DNA of 64,000 nt, taken from positions 42,053 to 106,052 of the forward strand of contig JACRCR010000109.1 of NCBI GenBank assembly GCA_016218925.1. Reading direction: 5' to 3'. Below are positions 9,823-19,069 of this stretch, one piece after another. Position 1 is the stretch's first letter. Each line of letters begins with the position of its first letter. The position numbers were made by a program, and so were the translations under genes. The notes beneath the pieces are model-generated. The model worked only from the letters and a program-made list of their open reading frames with translations. It did no database searches and was not told the origin of the DNA. Source of the DNA: Deltaproteobacteria bacterium. GTDB taxonomy: Bacteria > Desulfobacterota > Binatia > UBA1149 > CAITLU01.

Positions 9823-11097
9823 ATGAGTCGCGAACTGACAGTGGTCGGGCTGAGCCATCACACGGCACCGGTCGAGGTGCGCGAGCGACTGGCTGCGGCC
9901 GCCGTCGATGCCGCCGCGTTCCTGCGCCGTCTGGTCGCCGAGTGCGGCGTCGACGAGGCGGTGCTGCTCAGCACCTGCAACCGCATCGAAGTGGTGACGT
10001 GCAGCAAGGCCGGCCACAATCCCGCGCCGCCGCTCGAGAACCTGATGCTGGACCTGTCGGGACTCGCGCCGACAAACGGCGCTGGGATGGTTTTCACGAT
10101 GCACGGACGCGAAGCCGTGCGCCACCTCTTCCGCGTAGCCTCGAGCCTCGACTCGATGGTCGTTGGCGAGCCGCAGATCCTCGGTCAGATGAAGCAGCAG
10201 TTCGAGATTTCGGCCGGGCTCGAAACCGCCGGCCCGGTGCTGGTGCGCGTCTTCCACAAGAGCTTTTCGGTAGCCAAGCGGGTACGCACCGAAACCGGTA
10301 TTGCCGCGCGCACCGTGTCGGTGGCTGCCACGGCGGTCGATCTGGCCAGCCACATCTTCGAGTCGCTGGAAGGGCGTGTGGTGATGCTGCTCGGCGCCGG
10401 CGACACCGGCGAGACCGCGGCGCGCCACTTCATGGCGGCCAACGTCGGTCAGATCATGGTGGCCAATCGCACTTTCGAGACCGCGGTCGAACTGGCGCGC
10501 GAACTGTCGGCCACCGCGCTGCCCCTCGAGCGCTTCCGCCAGTATCTGCCGCTTGCCGATCTGGTGGTGGGTTCCGCCGGCGGCGGACAGCTTCTGGACG
10601 CCGAAGACGTCGGCAACGTGCTGCGCGAGCGACGTGGCAAGCCGATGTTCTTCATCGACCTGGCGGTGCCGCGCAACTTCGATCCGGCGATCAACCAGCT
10701 CGACGGCGCCTATCTCTACGACATCGACGATCTGGCTGCAGTAGTCGAAGACAATCTGGGCGAGCGGCGCCGCGAGGCCGTGCGCGCCGAGACCCTGGTC
10801 GAAGGCGAGGTCGACCAGTTCTGGCAGTGGTTCGAGAAGCTCGAAGTGGTACCTACCATCGTCGAGCTGCGCGAATACGCCGATGCGATACGTCGCCGCG
10901 AAGTCGACAAGACCCTGGCCAAGATGCCGACGCTTTCCGAGGAAGACCGTGAGCGGATTCACCAGATGACACGCGCGATCGTCAACAAACTGCTTCATCA
11001 CCCCACCACGGTACTGAAGGGCGAAGGATCGCCCACCGAGGAATCCAGACTGCTCACTGCGGTGCGGCGCCTGTTCGGGCTGGGAGACGACGCGTGA
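9823..11097 (+). CDS. hemA: glutamyl-tRNA reductase
   Basis: 'LSTCNRIEVV' active-site Cys motif and NADPH-binding 'LLGAGDTGE'. Confidence 0.9.
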   Translation: MSRELTVVGLSHHTAPVEVRERLAAAAVDAAAFLRRLVAECGVDEAVLLSTCNRIEVVTCSKAGHNPAPPLENLMLDLSGLAPTNGAGMVFTMHGREAVRHLFRVASSLDSMVVGEPQILGQMKQQFEISAGLETAGPVLVRVFHKSFSVAKRVRTETGIAARTVSVAATAVDLASHIFESLEGRVVMLLGAGDTGETAARHFMAANVGQIMVANRTFETAVELARELSATALPLERFRQYLPLADLVVGSAGGGQLLDAEDVGNVLRERRGKPMFFIDLAVPRNFDPAINQLDGAYLYDIDDLAAVVEDNLGERRREAVRAETLVEGEVDQFWQWFEKLEVVPTIVELREYADAIRRREVDKTLAKMPTLSEEDRERIHQMTRAIVNKLLHHPTTVLKGEGSPTEESRLLTAVRRLFGLGDDA

Positions 11098-12062
11098 AAC
11101 TCAAAGTAGGAACGCGACGTAGCGCGCTGGCGCTGACGCAGACCCGCCAGACCATGGAAACGCTGTGCGCGCGGGTGCGCGGGCTGACCTACGAGTTGGT
11201 CGAGATCACCACGACCGGCGACCGCATCCTGGACCGACCGCTTCGCGAGGCGGGCGGAAAAGGACTCTTCATCAAGGAACTCGACGAGGCTTTGCTCGAC
11301 GGACGCGTCGACTGCGCCGTGCACTCGCTAAAAGACGTGCCGTCCGAGCTCGCCGCCGGAACCGTCATCGCGGCGGTGTTGCAGCGTGAGGATCCGCGCG
11401 ACGTGCTGGTCACGCGCGACGGACGCACTCTGCCCGCGCTTGCCGATGACGCTGTGGTCGGGACCACCAGTCTGCGTCGCGCTTCCCAGTTGCTGGCGAT
11501 GAAACCGGGGGCTTCGACGCAGTTGCTGCGCGGCAACATCGAGACGCGGCTGCGCAAGCTCGTCGAAGGACAGTGCGATGCGACATTTCTGGCCGCGGCC
11601 GGACTGGCGCGGCTCGGCCTGACGCTGTCGCCTGCCCACGGTGTGGTGCTCGATCCGTTCGTGTTCGTCCCGGCCGCAGGGCAGGGCGCGGTGGCGATCA
11701 CCGTGCGCGACAACGACAGCGCTGCGGCGGCTGCCGTCGGTCAGGTGGATCACCGCGCGACGCGCGCGGCGGTGGAGGCCGAGCGTGCCTTCGCGCGCGT
11801 GTTCGGCGGCGGCTGTCATCTTCCACTCGCCGCCTACGCGCAGGTGGACGACGCCGAGCCTGGCGAGGTGCGGCTGGTGGGCCTGCTGCTGACGGCCGAC
11901 GGAAGACGCATGATGCGCGACGAGACCCGCGGCCCGGCCTCGCAGGCGGCGGCTCTCGGCACCGCGCTCGGGCGCGTGTTCCTGGAGCGCGGCGGCGGAG
12001 AGTTTCTCGAAGCCGCCGAGATCAGCGCTGCGGCGGCGGCGCTGCAGGGGCCGGACGTCTGA
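11094..12062 (+). CDS. hemC: porphobilinogen deaminase (hydroxymethylbilane synthase)
   Basis: 'KVGTRRSALALTQT' N-terminus. GTGA overlap with the hemA stop. Confidence 0.9.
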   Translation: MKLKVGTRRSALALTQTRQTMETLCARVRGLTYELVEITTTGDRILDRPLREAGGKGLFIKELDEALLDGRVDCAVHSLKDVPSELAAGTVIAAVLQREDPRDVLVTRDGRTLPALADDAVVGTTSLRRASQLLAMKPGASTQLLRGNIETRLRKLVEGQCDATFLAAAGLARLGLTLSPAHGVVLDPFVFVPAAGQGAVAITVRDNDSAAAAAVGQVDHRATRAAVEAERAFARVFGGGCHLPLAAYAQVDDAEPGEVRLVGLLLTADGRRMMRDETRGPASQAAALGTALGRVFLERGGGEFLEAAEISAAAAALQGPDV

Positions 12063-12119
12063 GATGAACGGCGGCGTCGCCCCGACATCCGCACGGGCGG
12101 GCCGAGCGCCGGAGGCGGC

Positions 12120-13685
12120 GTGAAAGGTCGTGTCTACCTGGTAGGTGCGGGGCCCGGAGATCCGGGCCTGCTGACGCTGCGGGGCAAGGAAGTCCTCGGG
12201 CGCGCCGATGTGGTGCTCTACGACGCGCTCGCCAATCCGCGCATCCTCGACTTCGCTCCGGCCGGTGCCGAGCGCGTGCTGGTCGGCAAACGTCAAGGGC
12301 GCGAGAGCGCCTCGCAAGACGTGATCGAGACGGCGATCGTTCGTCTCGCGCGCGAAGGCAAGACCGTTGTTCGCTTGAAGGGCGGCGATCCGTTCATCTT
12401 CGGGCGCGGCGGCGAGGAAGCCGAGGCGTGCCGCCGCGCCGGCATCGACTTCGAAGTGGTGCCCGGCGTAACCTCGGCGGTTGCGGTGCCAGCCTACGCC
12501 GGCATACCGCTCACCCATCGCGAACACTCCTCGCTGGTCACGTTCGTGACCGGTCAGCCCGGTGCGGTGCGCGAAGGCTACGATCTGGATTGGGAGATGC
12601 TCGCGCGCGGCGGCGGCACGCTGGTGTTTCTCATGGCGATGACGAGCATGGGCGAGATCGCCGACAAGCTGATTGCGGCCGGCTTGGCGCCGGCAACGCC
12701 CGCGGCCGCGGTGCGTTGGGGAACGCTCCCGAAGCAGCAGAGCGTGGTCGGCACGCTGGCCGACATCGCCGCGAAGGCCGGCGCCAGGCTCGCGCGTCCG
12801 CCGGTAGTGCTGGTGGTAGGCGCCGTTGCCGGTCTGTCCACTGAACTGTCCTGGTTCGAGCGCTTGCCGCTGTTCGGACGGCGCATCGTGGTGACGCGGG
12901 CGCGCCATCAAGCCGGTGTATTCGCATCGGTACTCGAAGAGTCCGGGGCCTGGGTGATCGAGTTCCCGACCATCGAGATTCGCGAGAACGAGGTTTCGCG
13001 CGAAGTGCTGCAGCGCGCGGGATCCTACGACTGGATCGTCTTTACCAGCACCAACGGCGTCGAGGCGTTCTTCGGACAGTGGCTAAGGGCGGGTCGCGAT
13101 CTTCGCGAACTGGCCGGGGTCAGGCTGGCGGCGATCGGTCCTGCCACCCGGGCGGCGGTCGAGGCCCGAGGCCTGCTGGTTGCCGCGCAGCCGGCGGAAT
13201 ACCGCGCCGAAGCGTTGCTCGAGACCTTCGGCGAAGTCGCCGGCAGGCGCATCCTGCTGGCCCGCGCCGAAGTTGCCAGAGAGGTATTGCCGGAGCGCCT
13301 GCGCGAGCGCGGCGCCAGCGTCGACGTGGTCGCGTTTTATAGAACCGTCGTGCCGCAGCCGGTCGCGAGCAGCGCACCAGTGACGCTCGACGGCCTGTCG
13401 GGCCTGCCTGCCACCGGCGAGCCGAGCCAGCCCGTGGTGGTCCCTGGCGACTTCGACATGATCACGTTCACCAGCGCCAGTACCGTGAAGAACTTCAATC
13501 TGCTGTGCGAGGGCAGGGCGCGCGAGGTGCTGCGCGGCAAGGCGGTCGCGGCGATCGGCCCGATCACCGCCGATGCCTTGAGCGCGCTCGGGATCCAGAC
13601 CGACGTGATGCCGGCCGATTACACGATCCCTGCGCTTGCCGAGGCGATCCAGGCCTATTTTGCAAATCGGCACCCCGTCGCTTAG
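12120..13685 (+). CDS. bifunctional uroporphyrinogen-III C-methyltransferase / uroporphyrinogen-III synthase (CobA-HemD fusion)
   Basis: N-terminal 'VYLVGAGPGDPGLLTLRG...GGDPFIFGRG' (SUMT). C-terminal HemD-like domain. Confidence 0.85.
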   Translation: MKGRVYLVGAGPGDPGLLTLRGKEVLGRADVVLYDALANPRILDFAPAGAERVLVGKRQGRESASQDVIETAIVRLAREGKTVVRLKGGDPFIFGRGGEEAEACRRAGIDFEVVPGVTSAVAVPAYAGIPLTHREHSSLVTFVTGQPGAVREGYDLDWEMLARGGGTLVFLMAMTSMGEIADKLIAAGLAPATPAAAVRWGTLPKQQSVVGTLADIAAKAGARLARPPVVLVVGAVAGLSTELSWFERLPLFGRRIVVTRARHQAGVFASVLEESGAWVIEFPTIEIRENEVSREVLQRAGSYDWIVFTSTNGVEAFFGQWLRAGRDLRELAGVRLAAIGPATRAAVEARGLLVAAQPAEYRAEALLETFGEVAGRRILLARAEVAREVLPERLRERGASVDVVAFYRTVVPQPVASSAPVTLDGLSGLPATGEPSQPVVVPGDFDMITFTSASTVKNFNLLCEGRAREVLRGKAVAAIGPITADALSALGIQTDVMPADYTIPALAEAIQAYFANRHPVA

Positions 13686-13694
13686 CATCCGCGC

Positions 13695-14663
13695 GTGCCA
13701 TTTCCAGAACAGCGTATGCGGCGCCTGCGTCGCAATGAAACCATGCGGAGACTGGTGCGCGAGACGCGCCTTTCCCGCGATGACCTGGTGCTCCCGTTGT
13801 TTGCCGTCCCCGGCGCCGGCGTTGAGCGAGAGGTCGGGTCGATGCCAGGTGTCTTCCAGCAGTCGGTCGATCGCGCGCTCGACACAGCGGTAAGAGCCCG
13901 CGATCTTGGCATTCCCGGCGTGCTGCTGTTCGGCATCCCCGAGCGCAAGGACGCGCGCGGCTGCGACGCGGCGCTCGATGACGGACCGGTGCAGAGCCTG
14001 GTGAGGGCGATCAAGAAGACCGCGCCCGATCTGCTGGTCATCACCGACGTGTGTCTGTGCGAGTACACCGACCACGGCCACTGCGGCGTGCTCGACGGCG
14101 AGCACGTGGTCAACGACGCGACACTCGAGCTGCTGGCCGACGAGGCACTCTCGCACGCCCGTGCCGGCGCCGACATCGTCGCGCCTTCGGACATGATGGA
14201 CGGGCGCGTGGCGGCGATCCGCGTCGCGCTCGACGAAGAAGGTTTCGACGACACCGCGATCCTGTCGTACGCTGCCAAGTACTGCTCGGGATTCTACGGC
14301 CCGTTCCGCGAGGCGGCCGAGTCGGCGCCGCAGTTCGGCGATCGACGTTCCTATCAGATGGATCCCGGTAACGGCGGCGAGGCGATGCGCGAGATCGCGC
14401 TCGATCTCGACGAAGGCGCCGATATCGTGATGGTCAAGCCGGCGCTGCCCTACCTCGACATCATCCGTCGCGCCCGCGAGACGTTCGAGTGTCCGCTGGC
14501 GGCCTACCAGGTGAGCGGCGAGTATTCGATGATCAAGGCGGCCGCCAGGGCAGGTTGGATAGACGAGCGGCGCGTTGTGGACGAGACGCTGCTTTCGATC
14601 CGCCGCGCCGGCGCCGATTTCATAATCACATATTACGCACTCGAAGTGGCGGAGCGGCTCTGA
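13695..14663 (+). CDS. hemB: porphobilinogen synthase (delta-aminolevulinate dehydratase)
   Basis: '[18 protein letters not shown]', '[14 protein letters not shown]' and '[10 protein letters not shown]' motifs. Confidence 0.9.
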   Translation: MPFPEQRMRRLRRNETMRRLVRETRLSRDDLVLPLFAVPGAGVEREVGSMPGVFQQSVDRALDTAVRARDLGIPGVLLFGIPERKDARGCDAALDDGPVQSLVRAIKKTAPDLLVITDVCLCEYTDHGHCGVLDGEHVVNDATLELLADEALSHARAGADIVAPSDMMDGRVAAIRVALDEEGFDDTAILSYAAKYCSGFYGPFREAAESAPQFGDRRSYQMDPGNGGEAMREIALDLDEGADIVMVKPALPYLDIIRRARETFECPLAAYQVSGEYSMIKAAARAGWIDERRVVDETLLSIRRAGADFIITYYALEVAERL

Positions 14664-14686
14664 AGAGCGCTGGCCTGAGAGAGGCG

Positions 14687-16153
14687 ATGCGCCGGATCCT
14701 CGCGATCGTGCTGGCGGCCTTGATGGTGGCGCCGCCCGGCGTGGTGCCACGCGCGCTGGCGCAAGTGGCGGAGGAAAAGAAACTCGGCGACGAGTTCCTG
14801 GCCAAGGCCCTGCCTCACATGCCGCTGATCCACGACTACGAGCTGGCCGGCTTCGTACGCGAGGTCGGCGCGCGGCTGGTCAAGACCGTGGGACCCCAGC
14901 CTTTCGACTACGAGTTCTTCGTGGTGCGCGACAATGAGATCAACGCGTTCGCGGTGCCGGGCGGCAAGCTGTTCGTCAACGCCGGCCTGATCGCACGCGC
15001 CGACAACGAAGACCAGCTGGCCGGCGTGATGGGCCACGAGATCGCGCACGCCGCCGCCCATCACGTTGTGCGGCAGCAGCAGAAGGGAGCCGCGGCGGGC
15101 TACGCGTCGTTGCTCGGGATCTTTCTCGCCATCATAAATCCGGCACTCGCCCTCGGCGCGCTGGCCGCAGGACAGGCCGCGCAGCTTCGCTACCAGCGCG
15201 ATTTCGAACGCGAGGCCGATTACCTCGGCATCGGCTATGCCCGCTCGGCCGGCTACGACCCCTCGGCGATCGCGCAGATCCTGAAAAAGCTCTACGCCGA
15301 GCAGCAGCTCAACCCAACGCAGATGCCGGCCTACTTCATGTCGCACCCGCTGACCGGCGAGCGCCTGACCAATCTGGAAGCGGTGTTGGGAAAGACCGAG
15401 TGGTCGTCGAAAGCGCCTGCCGGCAGCGACCGCATGCACCGCGCGCAAGCGATCGCGCGCGGCTATGCGCAGACCCGTGAGCAGTGCGTGCCCGAGTACG
15501 AACGCGCGCTGGCCAACGCCACGCCCGCGCAACGGCCCGAGGCCCTCGAACTGCTCGGTGTTCTGATGACCCACGGCGAAGACTACGAACTGGCCGACCA
15601 GTACCTGCGCGACGCCGAGACGGCCGGTCGCAACGTCGATCGTGAACTCGGCCGCACCGAGTTTCGTCGCGGGCACCTCGAAGAAGCCAAGGTCCGCCTG
15701 GGACGCGCGCTGGCCAAGACCCCCGACGACTGGGACGTCCTGGCCGATCTCGGCAACATCGACTATCAGGAAGGTCGCTACGCCGACGCGGCGACAAAGC
15801 TGGATCGCTCGGTACATCTGGAGGCCTACCGCGCGGAGGTGGTGCAGTCGCTCAGTCGCGCGCTGGCCAAGACCGGCAAGGAGGGCGCCGCCTACTACTG
15901 GCAGGGCCGCTTCAGCCAGATGCAAGGCGATCCGTCGCAGGCGATGGTGCACTTCCGTCACTCGATGGAACTCCTGCCCGAGACCGATCCGCTGCGCGAG
16001 GATATCGTCAAGCGTTCGAAGGATCTCGGCGAGGAGATCAAGGAAGAGCGCGCCGAAAAGGAGCAGCAACAGCAGGAGCAGCGGAGCCGGCGCGGGCCGG
16101 GCGGCATTCCGCAGATGCCGATGCCGATGCCTCGCAGCGGCGGAGGGCGCTAG
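14687..16153 (+). CDS. M48-family zinc metallopeptidase with C-terminal TPR repeats (BepA/YfgC-like), periplasmic
   Basis: Signal peptide, HEXXH 'MGHEIAHAAAH', and TPR-like C-terminus. Confidence 0.8.
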   Translation: MRRILAIVLAALMVAPPGVVPRALAQVAEEKKLGDEFLAKALPHMPLIHDYELAGFVREVGARLVKTVGPQPFDYEFFVVRDNEINAFAVPGGKLFVNAGLIARADNEDQLAGVMGHEIAHAAAHHVVRQQQKGAAAGYASLLGIFLAIINPALALGALAAGQAAQLRYQRDFEREADYLGIGYARSAGYDPSAIAQILKKLYAEQQLNPTQMPAYFMSHPLTGERLTNLEAVLGKTEWSSKAPAGSDRMHRAQAIARGYAQTREQCVPEYERALANATPAQRPEALELLGVLMTHGEDYELADQYLRDAETAGRNVDRELGRTEFRRGHLEEAKVRLGRALAKTPDDWDVLADLGNIDYQEGRYADAATKLDRSVHLEAYRAEVVQSLSRALAKTGKEGAAYYWQGRFSQMQGDPSQAMVHFRHSMELLPETDPLREDIVKRSKDLGEEIKEERAEKEQQQQEQRSRRGPGGIPQMPMPMPRSGGGR

Positions 16154-16206
16154 GATGGCCGGCGTCGTGCCAAGTCCGTCGCGGCGCGACGCGTGGGAGA
16201 GCTGAG

Positions 16207-17250
16207 ATGGCACGTGGCACCGGACTGGTTTCTTCGAGGGTGGCCGCGATGCACGGCTACACTCCGGGCGAGCAGCCGCAGGCCGGGCGCCTGATCAAGC
16301 TCAACACTAACGAGAATCCCTATCCGTGCTCGCCGCTGGTGGCGGGCGCCATCGCCGACGAAGCGCGCTCGTTGCAACTCTACCCCTCGCCGAACGCCGA
16401 CGCGCTGCGGGCCAAGGCCGCACAGGTGTACCGTGTGGCGCCTGAGCAGGTGCTGGTCGGCAACGGCTCCGATGAAGTGCTCGCGATGATACTGCGCGCC
16501 TGCGTGCTCGATGGCGACGCGGTGGCGTACGCAGTGCCCACCTATTCGCTCTATCGCACGCTGGCGCAGTCGGTCGGTGCGCGGGTGGTGGAGATTGCCG
16601 CCGACGGCTCCGCGATACCACGCGGCGTGGCCGATGCGCGTGCGCGCGTGACGTTTGTCTGCACTCCCAACTCGCCGACCGGCCGTGCGATCGCGCTCGA
16701 TGCCATCGCCGAGTTCGCACGCAGCGCGGACGGCGTGGTAGTGGTCGATGAGGCTTACGCCGATTTCGGCACCGCCACCGCGCTGACGATCCTGGCCGAT
16801 CACCCGAACATGGTCGTGACGCGCAGTTTCTCGAAGTCGTTCTCGCTGGCCGGGCTGAGGCTCGGGCTGGCGTTCGGACACGCGGACTTTCTCGCCGAAC
16901 TGCTCAAGGTGAAGGACTCGTACAACATCTCGCGCCTGGCGATCGCTGCCGGGGTCGCCGCGCTCGACGACTACGCATGGATGCAGAGCAACGTCTCGCG
17001 GGTGCGCGCGACCCGGGCTCGTGTCACCGCGCGGCTTCGCGCGGCGGGATTTCGCGTGGAGGATTCGAGCGCGAATTTCGTGTGGGTGGACTGCTCGAGC
17101 GCCGGTGGCGGCAGGCCGGTCTACGACAAGCTTCGCGCGGCGGGCGTGCTGGTGCGCTACTTCGACGTCGAGGGGCTGCGCGGCGGGATTCGCGCGAGCA
17201 TCGGGACGGATGAGCAGATGGACGTTATGCTGGCGGTGCTCGGGGGGTGA
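16207..17250 (+). CDS. hisC: histidinol-phosphate aminotransferase
   Basis: Class-II aminotransferase: 'LNTNENPY', PLP-Lys region 'TRSFSKSFSLAGLRLG'. Confidence 0.85.
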   Translation: MARGTGLVSSRVAAMHGYTPGEQPQAGRLIKLNTNENPYPCSPLVAGAIADEARSLQLYPSPNADALRAKAAQVYRVAPEQVLVGNGSDEVLAMILRACVLDGDAVAYAVPTYSLYRTLAQSVGARVVEIAADGSAIPRGVADARARVTFVCTPNSPTGRAIALDAIAEFARSADGVVVVDEAYADFGTATALTILADHPNMVVTRSFSKSFSLAGLRLGLAFGHADFLAELLKVKDSYNISRLAIAAGVAALDDYAWMQSNVSRVRATRARVTARLRAAGFRVEDSSANFVWVDCSSAGGGRPVYDKLRAAGVLVRYFDVEGLRGGIRASIGTDEQMDVMLAVLGG

Positions 17251-17348
17251 GGGGTGGGAGATCGGCGGATTTTGTCGCGTAGTACCGAGGCGCAGCGACG
17301 AGGTAGTCACGAGAGAGGCGGCGCTGGTCCCGGCGCCAGCGGCCGCCG

Positions 17349-17450
17349 TTGGAGCGAACGCACTCTTGGTTCAACCGGTTCCGCAAGCTAGCGATGCGTT
17401 GCGAAGAGAAGCCGGAGAAATACTCGGCCTTCATGCAATTTCGCCGCCGT
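17349..17450 (+). pseudogene. C-terminal remnant of an IS5-family (IS4/IS5 DDE) transposase
   Basis: 'ERTHSWFNRFRKLAMRCEEKPEKYSAFMQF' matches the conserved C-terminal signature ERTxxWxxRFRRLAxxYE...Y.AF of IS5-group transposases. Only about 34 codons survive, and they abut hisC. Confidence 0.45.
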
Positions 17451-17548
17451 CATCATTACGCTCACGCCCTTGGGATAGGCTCTTCGTGCAACGCGACGTC
17501 CCGTGTTTCTATCGCACCGTTAGCCAGAGCTGGATCGTCCGTGAGCAC

Positions 17549-19069
17549 TTACGACATATCTTGGCCGGCCTCAGTCCATGGGGTCTCCCGTTTGAAAGCG
17601 AGGCAGAACATTAGGTTCACGACGATGATTGCCATGGCACTAAACACGGTAATCGTGTCATTCTGAACCCAGTTCCCGTAAACAAATGGCACAAGCCCGA
17701 TGAGCGAGGCCGTGATGCCCCAGAAGGCGCCCTTGGCGCTCAGGCGGTCCCAGCAGACACTCAACACGGTTGGCACGGCGAAGCATGAGGCGACACCATT
17801 GAAAATCCACCACAGGCGGTCCAAGGAGAACAGGTGCTGAACGATCAAAGCCGTGATAAGCCCCAAGGCCGCAATTCCATACATCGCCGTGCGAGAACGT
17901 TTCACTGACAATGCGTCCAGGCGATCCTTGTCCTTCGTGTCCTTGGCCGTCAGAGGCAATTGAAGCCTTTCCCTCCTGAGCAACTCTCTCTCAGCCTCGG
18001 TCAGGGGCGCCATGTCGATGGCATAAAGCGACGCTGCCGCGCACAAAGCCGAATCGAGAGTGCTCTCGAGTCCGGACAGAAGGATCACAACGAAAAGCAG
18101 CGCGGCCCATAACGGAAGAAGCTTGACAACAGTCGCCACACCGATCATCGGAAGCCCGACGCCTTGAGGAAGGGCGATTCCCATCTCCGGGTTGGCGGCG
18201 ATGAAGCCAAGCACCGAAAGCGCGATCGGCACGATACCGAACAGGAGGCCTCCTACGACGAAAGCAGGGACCAAGTGTTCTCTTCTAATCGCGAAGCTCC
18301 GCTGCCAATACTGCTGATCGGAAATCGATCCTGCAATCAGTCCGATCGATGTCACAATTCCAAAGGAGAAGGCAACTTTCGGGTCGAGCACATTCCTATT
18401 CTGCGCGAGACCGCCGAGCCCCGCCTCAATGGAATTCAGACCGGCGACCCAGATTACCCAAGGGATGATCACAAAGATTCCCACGAGTATGAAAGCCATC
18501 TGCAGGAAGTCCGTTACGATCGAGGCCCTGAGTCCAGAGATGAGGGAGTAGGCCAAGCCGACGGCCAGCAGCAGGAACATGAGGAAGTTGAGCGGAATGC
18601 CGGTGAGGAAATTAAGCATCATCCCACCGACGAAGATTTGAACGGTCACGGCCATGATCTGGTACCAAATGTATGGAACCATATAGATCGTGTGAAGTCG
18701 CTGGTCGCAGAATCGGTGGCGGATCCAGTCCGGCAGCGTGTAGCCGCCGGGGATCTTGTTTCGAACACGCGGCGCTAGCCACGCAAAGACCACCAGCGCA
18801 AGAATGTTCGGCGCCGTAAACCAGAAGATGCCAGGCAGGCCCAATTCATACGCCTTTTGCACGCTCACGAAAAGCGCTGGGGCCCAAATCCAGGATGCGG
18901 CGATGCTTGGTGCCGCGAGGACCCAATGCACATCGCGGCCAGCGACCAGGAAGCCCGCTTGAGTCTTGGTCCATCTCGCGTCGCGAGAAGCGAGCCACGT
19001 CACCAGGATCATGACGATGCCGAAGAGTCCGATTAGAAGATATCCGACACCCTGCGAAACTACGTTCAT
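17549..19069 (-). CDS. sodium:solute symporter (SSS/SSF) family transporter
   Basis: About 13 TM helices. SSS N-terminal signature 'FLVAGRDVHWVLAAPSIAASWIWAPALF...YTLPDWIRHRF'. Its ATG overlaps the upstream gene's stop (ATGA). Confidence 0.8.
   Translation of the reverse strand: MNVVSQGVGYLLIGLFGIVMILVTWLASRDARWTKTQAGFLVAGRDVHWVLAAPSIAASWIWAPALFVSVQKAYELGLPGIFWFTAPNILALVVFAWLAPRVRNKIPGGYTLPDWIRHRFCDQRLHTIYMVPYIWYQIMAVTVQIFVGGMMLNFLTGIPLNFLMFLLLAVGLAYSLISGLRASIVTDFLQMAFILVGIFVIIPWVIWVAGLNSIEAGLGGLAQNRNVLDPKVAFSFGIVTSIGLIAGSISDQQYWQRSFAIRREHLVPAFVVGGLLFGIVPIALSVLGFIAANPEMGIALPQGVGLPMIGVATVVKLLPLWAALLFVVILLSGLESTLDSALCAAASLYAIDMAPLTEAERELLRRERLQLPLTAKDTKDKDRLDALSVKRSRTAMYGIAALGLITALIVQHLFSLDRLWWIFNGVASCFAVPTVLSVCWDRLSAKGAFWGITASLIGLVPFVYGNWVQNDTITVFSAMAIIVVNLMFCLAFKRETPWTEAGQDMS

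Noticed and set aside
9385-16213. Multiple long antisense ORFs (9385-11001, 11328-12911, 13083-14750, 14633-16213 minus; 9732-10952 plus)
   Set aside because: They lie opposite clearly identifiable hem genes and the M48 peptidase and have Arg/Ala-rich composition typical of spurious ORFs in ~70% GC DNA.
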